Source: the human T2T-CHM13v2.0 reference genome, Homo sapiens
Direction: 5' to 3' (one strand)
NCBI RefSeq assembly: GCF_009914755.1
Contig: NC_060931.1
Length of the DNA stretch: 64,000 nucleotides
The notes under the pieces were generated by a model that worked only from the letters and a program-made list of their open reading frames with translations, was not told the origin of the DNA and did not search any database. How positions within the stretch are numbered: position 1 is the first letter of the stretch; every line of letters starts with the position of its first letter. Positions 32,992 through 46,499 of the stretch are shown here, piece after piece. The translations under genes and the position numbers were made by a program.

Positions 32992-33208
32992 TTTTGTTAC
33001 TATTCTTTCAATGCATGACCTACTTCTCTGTAAATGTGGATAAAATCAATAAAATTAGGAGAGTAATCACAGAAGAGTAATATTTTACTGAGAGAAATGG
33101 AGGTTTGGGAAAGCTGAAGAAGTAGGCTCACCTTGCATTGAGAAACTGATATTAATTGTGGGGGCACACAGCTGCCCAAAAGACTAAATATGCCTCCAAC
33201 TAAAAGCA
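32992..33208 (-). repeat. 217-bp inverted copy of 37219-37435
   Basis: Ungapped alignment to the reverse complement of 37219-37435, about 26 mismatches (88%). Confidence 0.93.
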
Positions 33209-34699
33209 TAAAACTTAGTGAGATTGACCCTTCTATCATTATGTAATGCCCCTCTCTGTCTCTTACCTCCCTTTTTCTCTCTACCCCTCCCCTTCATAAA
33301 ATAGGTGTTTTAAACAGTCCCTCTGCATACTCTTAGAATCACATCTAACAGGGCAATAATTTTGCTTTAACTACTAATCAATTTAGAAGACATAAGAGCA
33401 AAAGGATAGTATATTTATCCATTTTTTCTTTTCTCTGTTCTTTCCTGATGTTCCAATATTTCTTCTTTCATTTTCTTTTCTGTTTAGCAAACTTTCTTTA
33501 GCAATTCTTTCAGGGTAGGTCTGCCATCTACAATTATTTTAATTTTCCTTCATCTAACTGTCTTTTTCTCACTTATGAAGGACATTTTTACTGACTGTAG
33601 GACTGTAAGTTGAAAATTCTTTTCTTCCAGCACTTGAAAAATATTGTGTCACTACTTCTTGCTTCCATGGTTCACAATGGGAAATACACTGTCATTTACT
33701 ATTTTCTCCTACAGGTAAACTTTTGCTTCTCTCTCACTCTCAGACAAGATTTCTTTCATAATCAAGACCTTTTCTTCGTTTTTGCTTTTCAGAGGTTTGT
33801 CTATATGTGTTTTGTTGAGAATTTATTTGTGTTGAAGTTGCCTGAGGTTTTCTTAGCTTCTTCAATCTGTGAGCACATATCTTTGGTCAAACTTGGAAAA
33901 GTTTTCAACTATCACTACTGTGATATATCTTTCTCCCTCTCCTTCTCCCTCTCCCTCCCTCTCTCTCTTTTCCACTGTCCTTCTGAGATTTCCCTGATAT
34001 GACTGTTATAATTTGCTGCATTCCCAGAGGCCTCTGAAACTGCTTTTGTGGTTTTTTTCCTAGTATATTTTCTCTCCATCATTCAGCTTTGGTAATTTCT
34101 ATTGTTATGTCTTCTAGTTCTCTGTTTCTTCTGTCCTTCCATTCTACTCTTGAGTTCATCCATGGAGATTTTAACTTAGGTTATTATATCTTTTAATTCT
34201 AAAACTTTCATTTGTTTTTTCTTTAGGTTTTCTATTTCTTTGCTTAGAATTCTAATTGTTTTTGTTTCTGTCAAAGAAAACTGTGTCTATAACTGCTTAT
34301 TGAAGCATTTTTATAATGGTTGCTTTAAAATCTGCCTCAGATAATTCTAAAATCTCTGTTTTCTTGGTATTGACATCTGTTGATTGTCTTTTTATGTTCA
34401 GTTTTACATTACATTCTCTTGGTTCTTGGAATAACAAGTGATTTTTCATTTGATATTGGTATTATGGATATTATATAAGGAGACCCTGGAACATTTTTAA
34501 ACCTTTTGTTTTAGCTGGCTTTCTCTGGTAGCACTTTAGCAGGGAAAGGGAGACACCAGCTTCTTTCTACAAGGTATGAATAAAAATACAACTTCCCCAC
34601 TCAGCCTCTGTTGACACCTAAGGGGTAGGGATTTTGATTACTGCTGCATGGAGAAGGGAGATTCAGAGCCCTGCTAGGTCTTCTCCATGGATAACTAAC

Positions 34700-37007
34700 T
34701 GTATTAGCCTGTTTTCATGCTGCTGATGAAGACATACCTGAGACTGGGTAATTTATAAAGAAAAACAGGTTTAATGGACTTACAGTTCCACATGATTGGG
34801 GAGGCCTCACAATCATGGCAGATGGCAAAGGCACATCTTACATGGCAGCAGACAAAAGAGAATGAGAGCCAAGTAAAAGGGGAAACCCCTTTTCAAACCA
34901 TCAGACCTTGTGAGGCTTATTCACTACCACTAGAACAGTTTGGGGGAAACTGCCCCATGATTCAGTTATCTCCCACCAGGTTTCTCCCACAACACGTGAG
35001 AATGATGGGAGCTATAATTCAAGATGAGATTTGTGTGGGACACAGCCAAACCATATTAATCTGCTCCTGGACACTCCCAAATCTCATGTGCTCAACTTTC
35101 AAAATAATCATGCCTTACCAACAGTCCCCCAAAGTTGTAACTCATTTCAGAATTAGCTCAAAAGTCCTCAGTCCAAAGTCTCATCTGAAACAAGGCATGT
35201 CCCTACTGCCTATGAGCCTCTAAAATCAAAGCCAAGTTGTTTACATCCTAGAGACAATGGGGTAGCAGGCCCTTGCATGAATACACCCATTCCAAATGGG
35301 AGCAATAGGCCAAAATGAAGGGGCTACAGGCCCCATGCAAGTCCAAAATACAGTGGGGTAGTCAAATCTTAAAGCTCCAAAACCATCTCCTTTGAAGAGA
35401 TCCATGTCTCACATCCAGGTCATGCTAATGCAAGAGGTGGGCTCCCACAACTTTGAGCAGTTCCGGCCCTGTGGCTTTGCAGGGTACAGCCTCCCTCCTG
35501 GCTGCTTTCACAGGCTGGTATTCAGTGCCTGCAGCCTTTCCAGGTGCATGGTGCAAGCTGTCAATGAATCTACCATTCTGGGGTCTGGGGGATTGTTGCC
35601 CTCTTCTCACAGCTCCACTAGGCAGTGCCCCAGTGGGGACTCTGTGTAGGGGCTTCAACACCACATTTTCCTTATATACTGCCTTAGCAAAGGTTCTCCA
35701 TGAGGGCCCTGTCCTTGCAGCAAACTGCTGCCTGGACATCAGGCAATTCCATATATTCTCTGAAATTTAGGTGAGAGGTTCCCCAGTCTTAATTCCTAAC
35801 TTCGTGCACCCACAGGCTCACCACCATGGAAGCTGCCAAGGTTTGGGGCTTGCACCCTCTGACATCACAGCCCAAGCTGAACTTTGGACCCTTTTAGCCA
35901 CAGCTGGAGCAGCTGTGATGCAGGGCACCAAGTCCCTAGGCTGCACAGCGAACGGTAGGGGGTGCACGGGGGTGGCCCTTGGCCCAGCCCATGAAACCGT
36001 TTTTTCCTTCTAGGCCTCCTGGCCTGTGATGGAAGGAGCTGCCACAAAGGTCTCTGGCATGCCCTGGAGAAATTTTTGACATTGTCTTGGTGAGTAACAT
36101 TTGACTCCTTACTACATACGCAAATTTCTGCAGCTGGCTTAAATTTCTACCCAGAAAATGGTTTTTCTTTTCTATTGCATGGTCAGGCTGCAAATTTTCC
36201 AAATTTTTATGCTCTGTTTTCTTTTAAAACTGAATGCTTTTAACAGCACCCAAGTCACATCTTGAATGTTTTGCTGCTTAGAATTTTCTTCCACCAGATA
36301 CCCTAAATCATCTCCCTCAAGTTCAAAGTTCCACAAATCTCTAGGGCAGGGGCAAAATGCCGCCAGTCTTCTTGCTAAAATTCAGCAGGAGTCACCTTTA
36401 CTCCTGCTCCCAGCAAGTTCCTCATCTCTATCTGAGACCACCTCAGCCTGGATTTAAATCTCCTTATCATTATCAGCATTTTGGTCAAAGCCATGCAAGT
36501 CTCTAGTAAGTTCCAAACTTTTCCAATTTTCCTATCTTCTTCTGAGCCCTCCAAACTCTTCCAATCTCTGCCTGTTACCCAGTTCCAAAGTCGCTTCCAC
36601 ATTTTCAGGTATCTTTACAGCAGCACCCCACTCTACTGGTTCTTACATACTATATTAGTCTGTTTATATGCTGCTAATAAAGACATACCCAAGACTGGGA
36701 AATTTATAAAGAGAAAGGTTTAATGGACTCACAGTTCCATGTGGCTGGGAAGCCTTCACAATCATCATGGTAGGCAAAAGGCACATCTTACATGGTGGCA
36801 GGCAAGAGAGGAGAGCCAAGTGAAAGGAGAAACCCCCTTGTCAAGCCATCAGATCTCATGAGACTTATTCACTACCAAGAGAACAGTATGGTTGAAAACC
36901 CCTTCTTGATTTAATTATCTCCCACTGGTTTCCTCTCACAACACATGGGAATTACAGGATCTACAATTCAAGATGAGATTTGGGTGGGGACACAGCCAAA
37001 CCATACA
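34700..37007 (-). mobile_element. Complete THE1 (MaLR) element: LTR 34700-35058, internal region 35059-36650, LTR 36651-37007
   Basis: Two direct LTRs (tgtattagcctgttttcatgctgctg...cagccaaaccata) flanking typical THE1 internal sequence. Confidence 0.95.
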
Positions 37008-40000
37008 ACTTCCCCATCTTGTTCCTTTACACTTTATGTTCTTAACTTCTCTGACTTCTTTCTGCTTTTCAGTCTTTCTATGTCAGCTTATTGTATCCAG
37101 TGTTTTTAGTTGTGATTAGCTGAAAGAAAATAAGAAAAAGTATATCTACTTCACTTTCCCAGAAGTGAAACATTTTATTTGTTTTTAATTTTTGTTATAA
37201 CACTATACAAAAGCTCACTGCTTTTAGCTGGAGGCATATTTAGTCTTTTGGGCAACTACATGCCCTCATAATTCATATCAGTTTCTCAATGCAAGGTGAG
37301 CCCCCATGATCAGCTCTCCCAAACCTCCATTTCTCTCAGTAAAAAATTATTCTTCTGTGATTATTCTCCTAATTTTATTGATCTTATCCACCATTACAGG
37401 AAAGTAGGCGATGCCTTGGAAGAATAGTAACAAAACTTAGTAATCCCTTCAAGTCTAAGTTCAACATCAGCTGTAGCCTATGGAGAAATTAACGGGAGTC
37501 TTAGTGATGCAGCTTTATATCCTCAGGTCAGCTACTTGACCTCTTGCTATATCTGGAGAAGCAACTGAGATCTTAGCAATCTCATGGAAAAGTAATATTG
37601 TCTTCGTACATTTTTACTTTTATTTTTTGAATCAATTGTGCAAAATGCCAAATTTCCATATCTGATTTTGTATCATTTTATAGTCTGCACATATATGGTA
37701 TAGATATTTCTAGAATCTCCTATACTTTCTGCCTATTGAATATTGTTCTAGAAAGTTATCTCATATGTTGGCATAAAAATTCCATTTTTAACAGAACTCT
37801 GTTAATTTTTTAACAGAAATTTAAAAATGGCAACATCACGTTGGTTTATCTGCACTTATTATTTACTTATTTCTCATAGTGCAAATAGAGAAATCTGACT
37901 GTGAAACTATAGACTAAAAGTGTTTTGCAGTAGAGGCTCTTTGTTTCTCTGTGACCGGGCTTCATCTCCCTTCCACTGCACTTTGGGGAGCCAGGTCAGA
38001 CACTACTTGTTGTGGCCTCATATTTGTTTTCATGTTCCTGCTACTACAGTCTTTGAACTTTCCATTCCACAGCAATGAAATGAGCTTTACCTGTGAAGAC
38101 CATCTTTCTCACTGTTCATCTTTACATCCAGCCTTCATGCTTTCAAATATGAGCATGCTAGTATAGTTTTCTGAAAGTTTTATTTATTTTCTTTTTTGTT
38201 GTTTCCTCTTAATTGTCTTTATGTTACTTTCATCACCCTGCTCCTATCTTCAATCTGAGTTGCAGAGTTCTATGACCAATATGATAAGGCTCTCTTAGCT
38301 AGTTTACACTTGCTGAAACTACTTCACTAAAAAGTCATAAAGCTATTGCCCTCTTTGTGGATTTTTTTTGAGATTAGTGTTTTGCAAATTGCTTTTATAC
38401 CAATTGTTTTTTGTAAGAAATCTATTAGTACCCTATTTGTTAGATATATGAAATGCAAATAAATTTTCAGATGTATGGCCATATATTACATAACTAGCCC
38501 TCATAAGGGACAATATTGAGTGTTTATAACTGGATTTAGTGATTTCCTTTTCAGCGCATATTATTGGAGAAGGGATGCTGTACTGAAAATAATTCTGTAC
38601 TTATGAAGTTTGCCATTTCACATACTTTAAGAGAATGTGTGAATGAATGTAAACAAATAATAGAAAATTTGGCTGAAACCCTTAACATACCAATTAGCTA
38701 GCAACTTGTCTTAAATGCATATTCTACTGCCTACTCATAATAGAACAGAATTCTACTCCCACTGCCTACTGATGGACATTTTAAAGTCAGGAAACAGACT
38801 CCAGAATGCCTGCTGCAGTAACGTCAGATGTGTTTATAAGTAGCACTATTTTCATTTTGGACTTTCAAGTCTCAAAAAGATCATGTGCTTATAGAAGCTC
38901 ATCACACATGTATAGCTTAGTCAAAAAGAACACTGAGAAAAGTAGTTAGAGAAATCGAGTAATGGAGAGAGAAATATGGAAAAGACTTTTGTCAAAGTGC
39001 CATTGTTGTATTATGGTATCTTCAACTGTCTGCACAGCTTAAATTTTCCAAAGAAGTTTGTACTCATGCAGATTTTACTTACTAATTTCTATTAGTATGA
39101 TTCCTATGAACAAATGCTTAAAAACATTGTCATTTAATCAGACAGTACCTAAGAAGTAAATAAATGAAGTTATCTTTCTTAGCTACCAATAGGAGAGCAT
39201 TCAGGTTGGATACAAAGTGGCCTCCTGTATCTCATTGAGTCTAAATAGCATTCATATCATGATTTGTCTTGTTCTGGGGAAAGTGAAAATCAATTGCTGA
39301 GCCTTTACTGCTTAAATTCCATTGCCATCAAATTCTTGTAAGGTTTTCAGCTTGTGTAAAGGTCTGTATTTGTGGAAACTATTAAAATTAGATTGAAAAT
39401 GTGCCACAGACCTACCCAGTTTATATTAGGCATTGGCTTCAAGAAAAGTTTTGATATTCATATCATAGTCGGCATGAAATCATAGCAAAAATAAAGAAAC
39501 ATTACAATTAAGTGTTTCAGGTTTACATCCTATTCATCAGAGAAGGCAAGAAAAGATTTAATGCATCAGCCTGCTTAAAATAAGAAAACAAACAGAAAAC
39601 CTTAACCATGAGAATTATCTATGGAAGTAGAATTTAAAATTAACTGATAAAGACTATAGCAATTATTCTTCAAATTAAATCAGGATTTCAGCACTAAAGA
39701 ACAAAAGGCAGACACTAATTTAGATAGTTTTACACCTAATTTTCAAGGGGATTGGGAAGAATGCTGAATATCTTCAAATCAATAGGATCAATTCTCCTGA
39801 CATGTTCCTCCTTGCCAGTGATAAAAGTATAGATAAGAAGATGAGCCAAATTTTATTAGTTTCTGCAGGCACTGTAAAAATATTAACATGAATATAGAGG
39901 ATGATTTAAAAAAAAAAAAGAACACTCAGAGCTTTTTAGAAAACTAAACTGTCCCATGCTTTGTGAGTCACTTGATTTCATATCTTTAAACTCAGAGCGG

Positions 40001-42059
40001 CAAATGTGTTGCAAATATAATAGTTTGCTATGGCGAATATCTTCTCTGTCACCTCTAACCAACATCTAAAGTAAATTTTCCCAATGAGGAGCTTGTAGTG
40101 GAGTTGCTACTTGTAAAATTAATTTTGTTTAATGATTACTACTACGTGGTATATCTTCTTTTCATCTTGAAAAACTATGTAATTGTCTTTGTATTTTTGT
40201 AGATTCTTCACTTCTGTGCTTCAATTCTGTCTTCCAAATTTTACTGCAATTTCTTTGAGGGCAGACATTATTTCCATCCCCCAAAGCATCAAGCAAAATA
40301 TCTTAAATACAGTTGAACATTAGTTTAATTTAAAACTCAATCTTTAACTGAGAAAATCCATAATAATATATCACAGAATTTCATAATCCTCCTTAATAGC
40401 TCTGTGAAATAAATAAACAGTAGATATCTCTATCATATGGAAAATAAAACAGAGACCAATATTTGTAAAAAGGTAAATCATAAATCATAAATCAATATTT
40501 TTAAATATCTTCAGAGTTTTTTCATTACCTTTCAGCAATTGTTGCATAATTGGGTTTCGTTTTATGTTTATTTTGTGGTTTATGAATTCTATTTACCAAA
40601 TAAAAATCTTCACACCCTAAGGAACTTTCAGCTTACGAAATTTGAAAAATGTGATACAAAGCCCTATATTGGCAAAAACAATCTAAGCACCACAACAAAG
40701 CATTGCAAAAATAAAAGAAAGAGTATACATTTTATTCAATAAGTCTTGATTTTAGAGAATATTTTTACTTGTATAGTAGTTTACAATAAATATTTTCACA
40801 GTTCTTTTAAAAAAAGGATTGCTATATCATAAATCAGGATATCAGCTCTGCCGAGCATAAAATTAATTCTAGTTTACAAAGAAGTCAACAGAAATTTGGG
40901 GGATAAAATTAATATAATGCTAATTCTTCAGTTTTCTCTGCCTCTCTATATTAATTAAAAGTCCTGGGATCACTTCACCTCTAGTAGAGCTCCCATAAAG
41001 TTATGGTCTCCAAAGAGTAGAATAAAACATGAGGATGACCATAAAACAGTTGGAGTTGCTCTCTCCTTGAAATAAACTTCAAATTTCAGTATATATAGAA
41101 CCACAATACATAATTCTGTTACTAAAACAAATATTACATTGAGCTCTATAACCTGGCTAGTACTGTACCATCTTGCACCTATAAAATATCATGTTCTGAC
41201 CTCATATTTGTTTTAAATAATTGTTTTTGAAGCATTTAAAAGGAACATGGAATCAATGCAAAGTATAATCTTCTCCCTATAAATAATCAAGACAATCAGC
41301 AGTGATGACAGTTATGTAAATTAATAAATTTAACAGAAAATTAAGACTTTTCTCAGGATTGGAGCTTCTATAATAGTGAAAGGAATACACCTTTTTGTGG
41401 GTACATAACTGTGTTTAACTAGGGTTTACCCCCAATGCGCAAAAGTGTGTCTTTTAAATGAGTAGTCATTATAAACAATTTTTATTAATTTATACTCTGA
41501 CTTGTTTATTGAATGATTTCAATGTATTGGCCATGACTTTCTACAAACAAATGCAAAAAAGCAAATCTGTGTACAACTCACATTGCAGCATCATTGCAGT
41601 AGAGTTTCTCAGGAGATATGACATTATTTTCATTAAAGATCTAGTGAGGTAGTGAACCATTATTTATATAAAATTGAATAAGTCTAAGGCTTATGAATCT
41701 TTTTCATCAAGGTGCATTGTAACCTTTAACTCTGAAGAGAATAGTGAAAAGATGAAATGCATAATTGGAAATGCAGATAAATATATCCTAGTAATTACAA
41801 ATGGAGCTATCCTAGGACGTGATCATATTATAACGAGTTGTAACAAGGATAAATTGTGTAATGTTCACCTATTCATGTTTTAGTCATTTATTTACTTACT
41901 TATTTATTCCACAAATATTTACTTTAGAATTCATACATTACAGGAAATGCCTTCCTTTGAAAAACTGACAACCTATTGGTACTACAAGAGTACTTATGAA
42001 TACTGTGCTCTAGAGTAGGATGCAATATAATCTTACACAATTTAATTATAAGACAACAC

Positions 42060-42620
42060 ATACATATCTGACCACTTCTTTCCCTGCTCCCTGACTATCT
42101 CCTTAGAAGAAAATGCTGTCATCACCAATGTGAACTATTGCAATAACAGTCTCACACCCTTCTATAGTCCTCACAGAATAGTTAAGATGTGTTTTTAAAA
42201 TAAGCTTAATATTTTTTTCTTCTGCGCTCCAAATCTTGTAATTTAAAAAAAAATCTCCATCTCACTGAAAATTACACAAAATTTCTTACCTTTGCTTACA
42301 ACGGATAATTCATATTATCCCTCTGACTTCATTTTCATCAGTCTCTCCTTCCTCACTCCATCCATTACTCTGGATGTCTTGCTGCTCCTCAAACATTCTA
42401 AATATGCTCCTACCTTAAGACATTTGCACTTACTCTTCCCTGTGCTGACAACACTCTTTTTCCAGGTATTCACCGGACTCAGTCCCTTACTTCCTGCTGA
42501 ACTCAACTTGAAAGTGTTATCTAAGAAGCCTTCCTTGGTCACTTTATATAAAATAACTCTGATCTCAATTTCTTACCATCTCGCTTAAAATATTAAATTT
42601 TATTTTATGCTTAACACAAG
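42060..42620 (+). mobile_element. L2 fragment
   Basis: L2 motifs (ctattgcaataac, tgctcctcaaaca...tttgcacttactcttccctgtgct). Confidence 0.7.
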
Positions 42621-43422
42621 CTAACATGAAAAATGCTGTGTTCTTCAATTTAGGGTTTTATAAAGAAGACAATAAATTAAGTATTAATATATGCAACAAA
42701 TTATGAATGCACTCTGATGTCAATATTTACTTTCTCTCTAGGGATCTGGTGAGACTTCTTTAAACTTAGAATTAATAATGAACCATCACTTTTCCTTTTG
42801 CTTATCTGGCTTAATTTAATCCTCTTCTCTTTCTCATGAATTTCCTCTTCGATACATTGTATATTTTTATATTTTTTTGTTTCTGGTCATTTCTATTTGC
42901 TGAGTTTTCTTAATTTTACATCTGTAACTATTCAAAGCTCAGTTTTAGTACAGCGTTTATCAATTTATTTCTGTGGTGATGCTTTTCCAATAAATTATGC
43001 AAAATTCTGCTGTTTTCTATTCAATAACAAGAAACATCTGTTACATGGCAGACACTGTCCAAATATTGGAGAGTCCTAGAATAATGCACACAGCCAACAA
43101 TCAAATAGATGGGAGTTAAGCACTACCTCTGAAAATAAAGAGTATCAAAGAGTTTGTGGACATATTTTTAAACCACCACACAAATTAGTTAATAAACATT
43201 TAAAGGCATGGCTGATCCCAACATAAAGTATGAGAATTCCTCTGAGGCCATAAACAAAAATAAAACTGAAAGCAGGGAGATAAGGAGCTGTTCTGGGACA
43301 TTTGCCTATGAAAGAAACCTAGAGAAGGATTATGGAATATACCTGTGAACTCATGTCCCAGCGTCTCTTGCAAGAACACTAGTCTTGTAGCTATGCTTAC
43401 CAATAGAATATGAATGAAAGTA

Positions 43423-45130
43423 CAGTTGTTCCCCCTTATCTGCATTTTTGCTTTCCATAGTTACATTTAACTATGGTGAAATACAGTCCAAAAATATTAA
43501 GTGAAAAATTTCAGAAATAAACAATTCATAAATTTTACATTGTGTGCCATTCTGAGGGTAGCTGATCATAATACTGAAAGACACAATCCCAAATGTCAAT
43601 ATCCTGAAAGATCAAGATCCCAAAAATATCACTCCAGAAATAAAAATGATTTAAAAAATACTTCTAAGACATGTATTAATATTTACATTTTAAAGGGTGA
43701 TTCATCTGAGAAACATGAAGACATGACAGAATACTTCATAGTTCACTTTACCTGATAAAGTAGGCAATAAGAACAAACATTTCTGCAAGCATAAGCAGAT
43801 GAACCATATTCATGAAGAAATAGGTCAAAAAGAAAAATGTATCAATGCATATCACTAGCGTTGGTAATTGTGTGCACCTAGCTTTATAACTGCAGTTGTC
43901 TGAAATAACATGGCAAATAACCTAAAGTCTTGATGAGACCTATCAAAAACTGCAATGTGTCACCCAAACAGCCGAGATCTTCACAAATTTTATCCTTCTC
44001 AAATGCAGATGTCCAAAAAAGGACAATTCTTTGTTTATTGAAGAAGTTTTAACATTTTTACATACATGCACAATGCTTACGCTAAAAGTCAATGTTGTGA
44101 TAATGCATTTTTATGGAATCAAATTTGCAAAAATGCATAAAACAACTTAGAACTCTCTACAAGTCTCCACACAATTTATAACTCCAGTACTGGGAATGAT
44201 GCAAAGATTAAATACATAGCATAGCAAATTGCTTTACCAAATTTCTAGGTATTTCTTAATCCAGTCAAGTTGATACCTAAAATTAAGTCCACAAATCCAC
44301 ACCTTGTCGATTTGACACCCATACGCATCTCCTTAAACCACACAAAATTTATAAATTAAGATAATAAGATAAGTTCTGTTTAACATGTGGCAACTCTCCT
44401 GTGATTGTAATTTTGGGGATTTTAGACATCAGGGATTTAGACTTTAGGGATTTTGGTCTTTTGAGATTTCCACATATAAGATTATGACATTTGGGATTGT
44501 GTCTTTCAGTATTATGATCAAAAATTACATTCTGAGTAGTGCGGTGAAATCTCACATAATCCTGTTTCATCCTATCTGGGAGATAAAATGTCCCTTTGTC
44601 CAGCATAATTGTGCTCTAGATGCTACCTGCCAAAAATCAATTAGTTGCCATTTCTGTTATCAGATTGACTGTCGTGGTATTGCAGTGCTTGTGTTCAGGG
44701 AACCCTTATTTTATCTAGTAATTACCCCAAAGCATAAGAATTGTGATGTTAACAATTTGGATATGCCACAGAGAAGCCATAACATTCTTCCTTTAAGTGA
44801 AAAGGTGAAAGTTCTTGACTTAGGAAAGTAAAACAATTGCATGTTGAGGTTACTAAGAGCTATGGTAAGAACTAATCTTCTAGTCATGAAATTGTGAAGA
44901 AGAAAAAGAAATTTTTACCAGTATTGCTGTTGTACCTCAAACTGCAAAAGTTACAGCTACAGTGCATGATCATTGCTTAGTTAAGATAGAAAGGGCATTA
45001 AATTTGTGGGTGGAAGACACGAACAGAAACATATTCTCATTGACAGCAATCAGGTTCTGTACCATCCATAGTTTCAGGCATACCCTGGGTGTCTTGGAAC
45101 ATATCACCCATGGAAAATGGGGAACTAATA
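43423..45130 (+). mobile_element. MER44 (Tigger7-derived DNA transposon), interrupted by Ricksha
   Basis: TIRs cagttgttcccccttatc and ggaaaatggggaactaata; TA TSD at 43421-43422 and 45131-45132; transposase N-terminal remnant LPLSEKVKVLDL. Confidence 0.88.
43557..44527. mobile_element. Ricksha (MULE/MuDR) non-autonomous DNA transposon
   Basis: TIRs with gatcataat...aaagacacaatcccaaa; perfect 9-bp TSD cattctgag at 43548-43556 and 44528-44536. Confidence 0.9.
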
Positions 45131-45491
45131 TAATGGGCACATTTTCAATGCCAAGCTGGGATTTATTCTGTCTTCTTCCTTTTTCTCTTTTCACTATGTG
45201 GTTGGTAATGAAGAACTCTAAAACGTCAGAGTTGCACAATCAAAGTTTGGATTCCAGAGTAACCATTTGAAGAACTGCCTGGGAGTCCAACTAGCATTGG
45301 ACTTTGCAGTAGTAAAATATATGCTTTTATAATATCAAGCCTCTGAGATTTCAAGATTCATCCATGACAGAATACTTTGTTCAGCCCAATTAATCCAGAA
45401 ATTTGATTCATTTAATCCAGAAATTAATCCACTGCTTTGGGGTAATGTTCTTCTATAACAAAAACATAATGTATGTGGCAATGGCTTAGTG

Positions 45492-45684
45492 CAGTGGTCG
45501 GTAAAACCTTTTCTTTGAGGGGTCATCTTATAGACTTTGAAGACTATATATATATATATGGTCTCTATTGTAACTACTCAGCTCTCCTGTAGTCAGCCAT
45601 AGACAATACATAAATGACTAAACAAGGCTATGCTCCAAAAACAGGCCAGAGGGCAGATTTGCCCCATAGGCAGTAATTTTCTGG
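45492..45684 (+). mobile_element. MER58A-like hAT MITE
   Basis: ggtctctattgtaactactcagctct...cagccatagacaatacataaatga...gggcagatttgcccc. Confidence 0.75.
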
Positions 45685-46499
45685 TGACAAAAAAAATTAA
45701 TAATGAAGGATGGGAATGTTGTGATCCATGTTATGCAGTGACAAAACATTTAGCAAAACCGTTACTGCCATGACATGGGAGGCCAGTTAGGTGCCTACTG
45801 AGTTAGGAAATCTACCAAAAGTTGTTTCAAAAGCAGAACGTTAGTGTGTGTGTGTTAATACAGGCTAAGTGTAACAATGTATAGAAAGAAAGGAGTTTAA
45901 AAAAAAAAGGATGCATTATTCACAAGTAAATATGAAAAGAATATCAGGGACTTGAAGTGGAGAAGCTGAATAATTTCAGATCTCAGTAAAATAGATGAAA
46001 TTTTATATGCCTTTGGGCAACAAAGATCTAGAAAAATTACTCATTTGCATAAAATAAACTGGGAATCACAAAACCAGATTTAGAAAATGACCTTCACAAT
46101 CACACCATTAGCAGCAGCTGAGTTGAGGGAGAAACAAGGAAACTGAAAAGCAAAACTGAAATGGCCAAAAGCACATGTATAGGTGCTTACTAAATTTGGG
46201 GGGATCCATATTGTCAAATAAAGTATAAACACAGATTAATTAAAAAAAAAAAAACTTTAGGAAGAAACTTCAAGGTACCTGTAGGCAATAAATACTGTGT
46301 AGTAAAAACAAACTAACAAAACCCACAACAACAACATACTACCTCTCTGAATCTCTTCCCAGATGACAGGAATTAACTACGCTGAGCATTTATGAAACGT
46401 CTATGCAAAACCACACCCTCAATATTAACAAGAGTAAAAGACAAGAGAATAAAAATGACTGTGAAGAAAAGAGAAAATACAAGGAATATTAGTGCTGCA

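Larger units (their letters stand above)
43200..46000 (+). mobile_element. MLT1-type MaLR LTR plus internal remnant, split by MER44 and MER58
   Basis: ccaatagaatatgaatgaaagta continues after MER44 as atgggcacatttt; LTR-end motif aagcctctgagattt; MLT1-internal-like text afterwards. Confidence 0.55.

Noticed and set aside
34774-36723. Cluster of overlapping ORFs on both strands
   Set aside because: All lie within the THE1 LTR and internal sequence; the higher GC content gives chance ORFs
37785-37818. Small hairpins with 8-9 bp stems (also near 10155 and 54065)
   Set aside because: Expected by chance in 64 kb of AT-rich DNA
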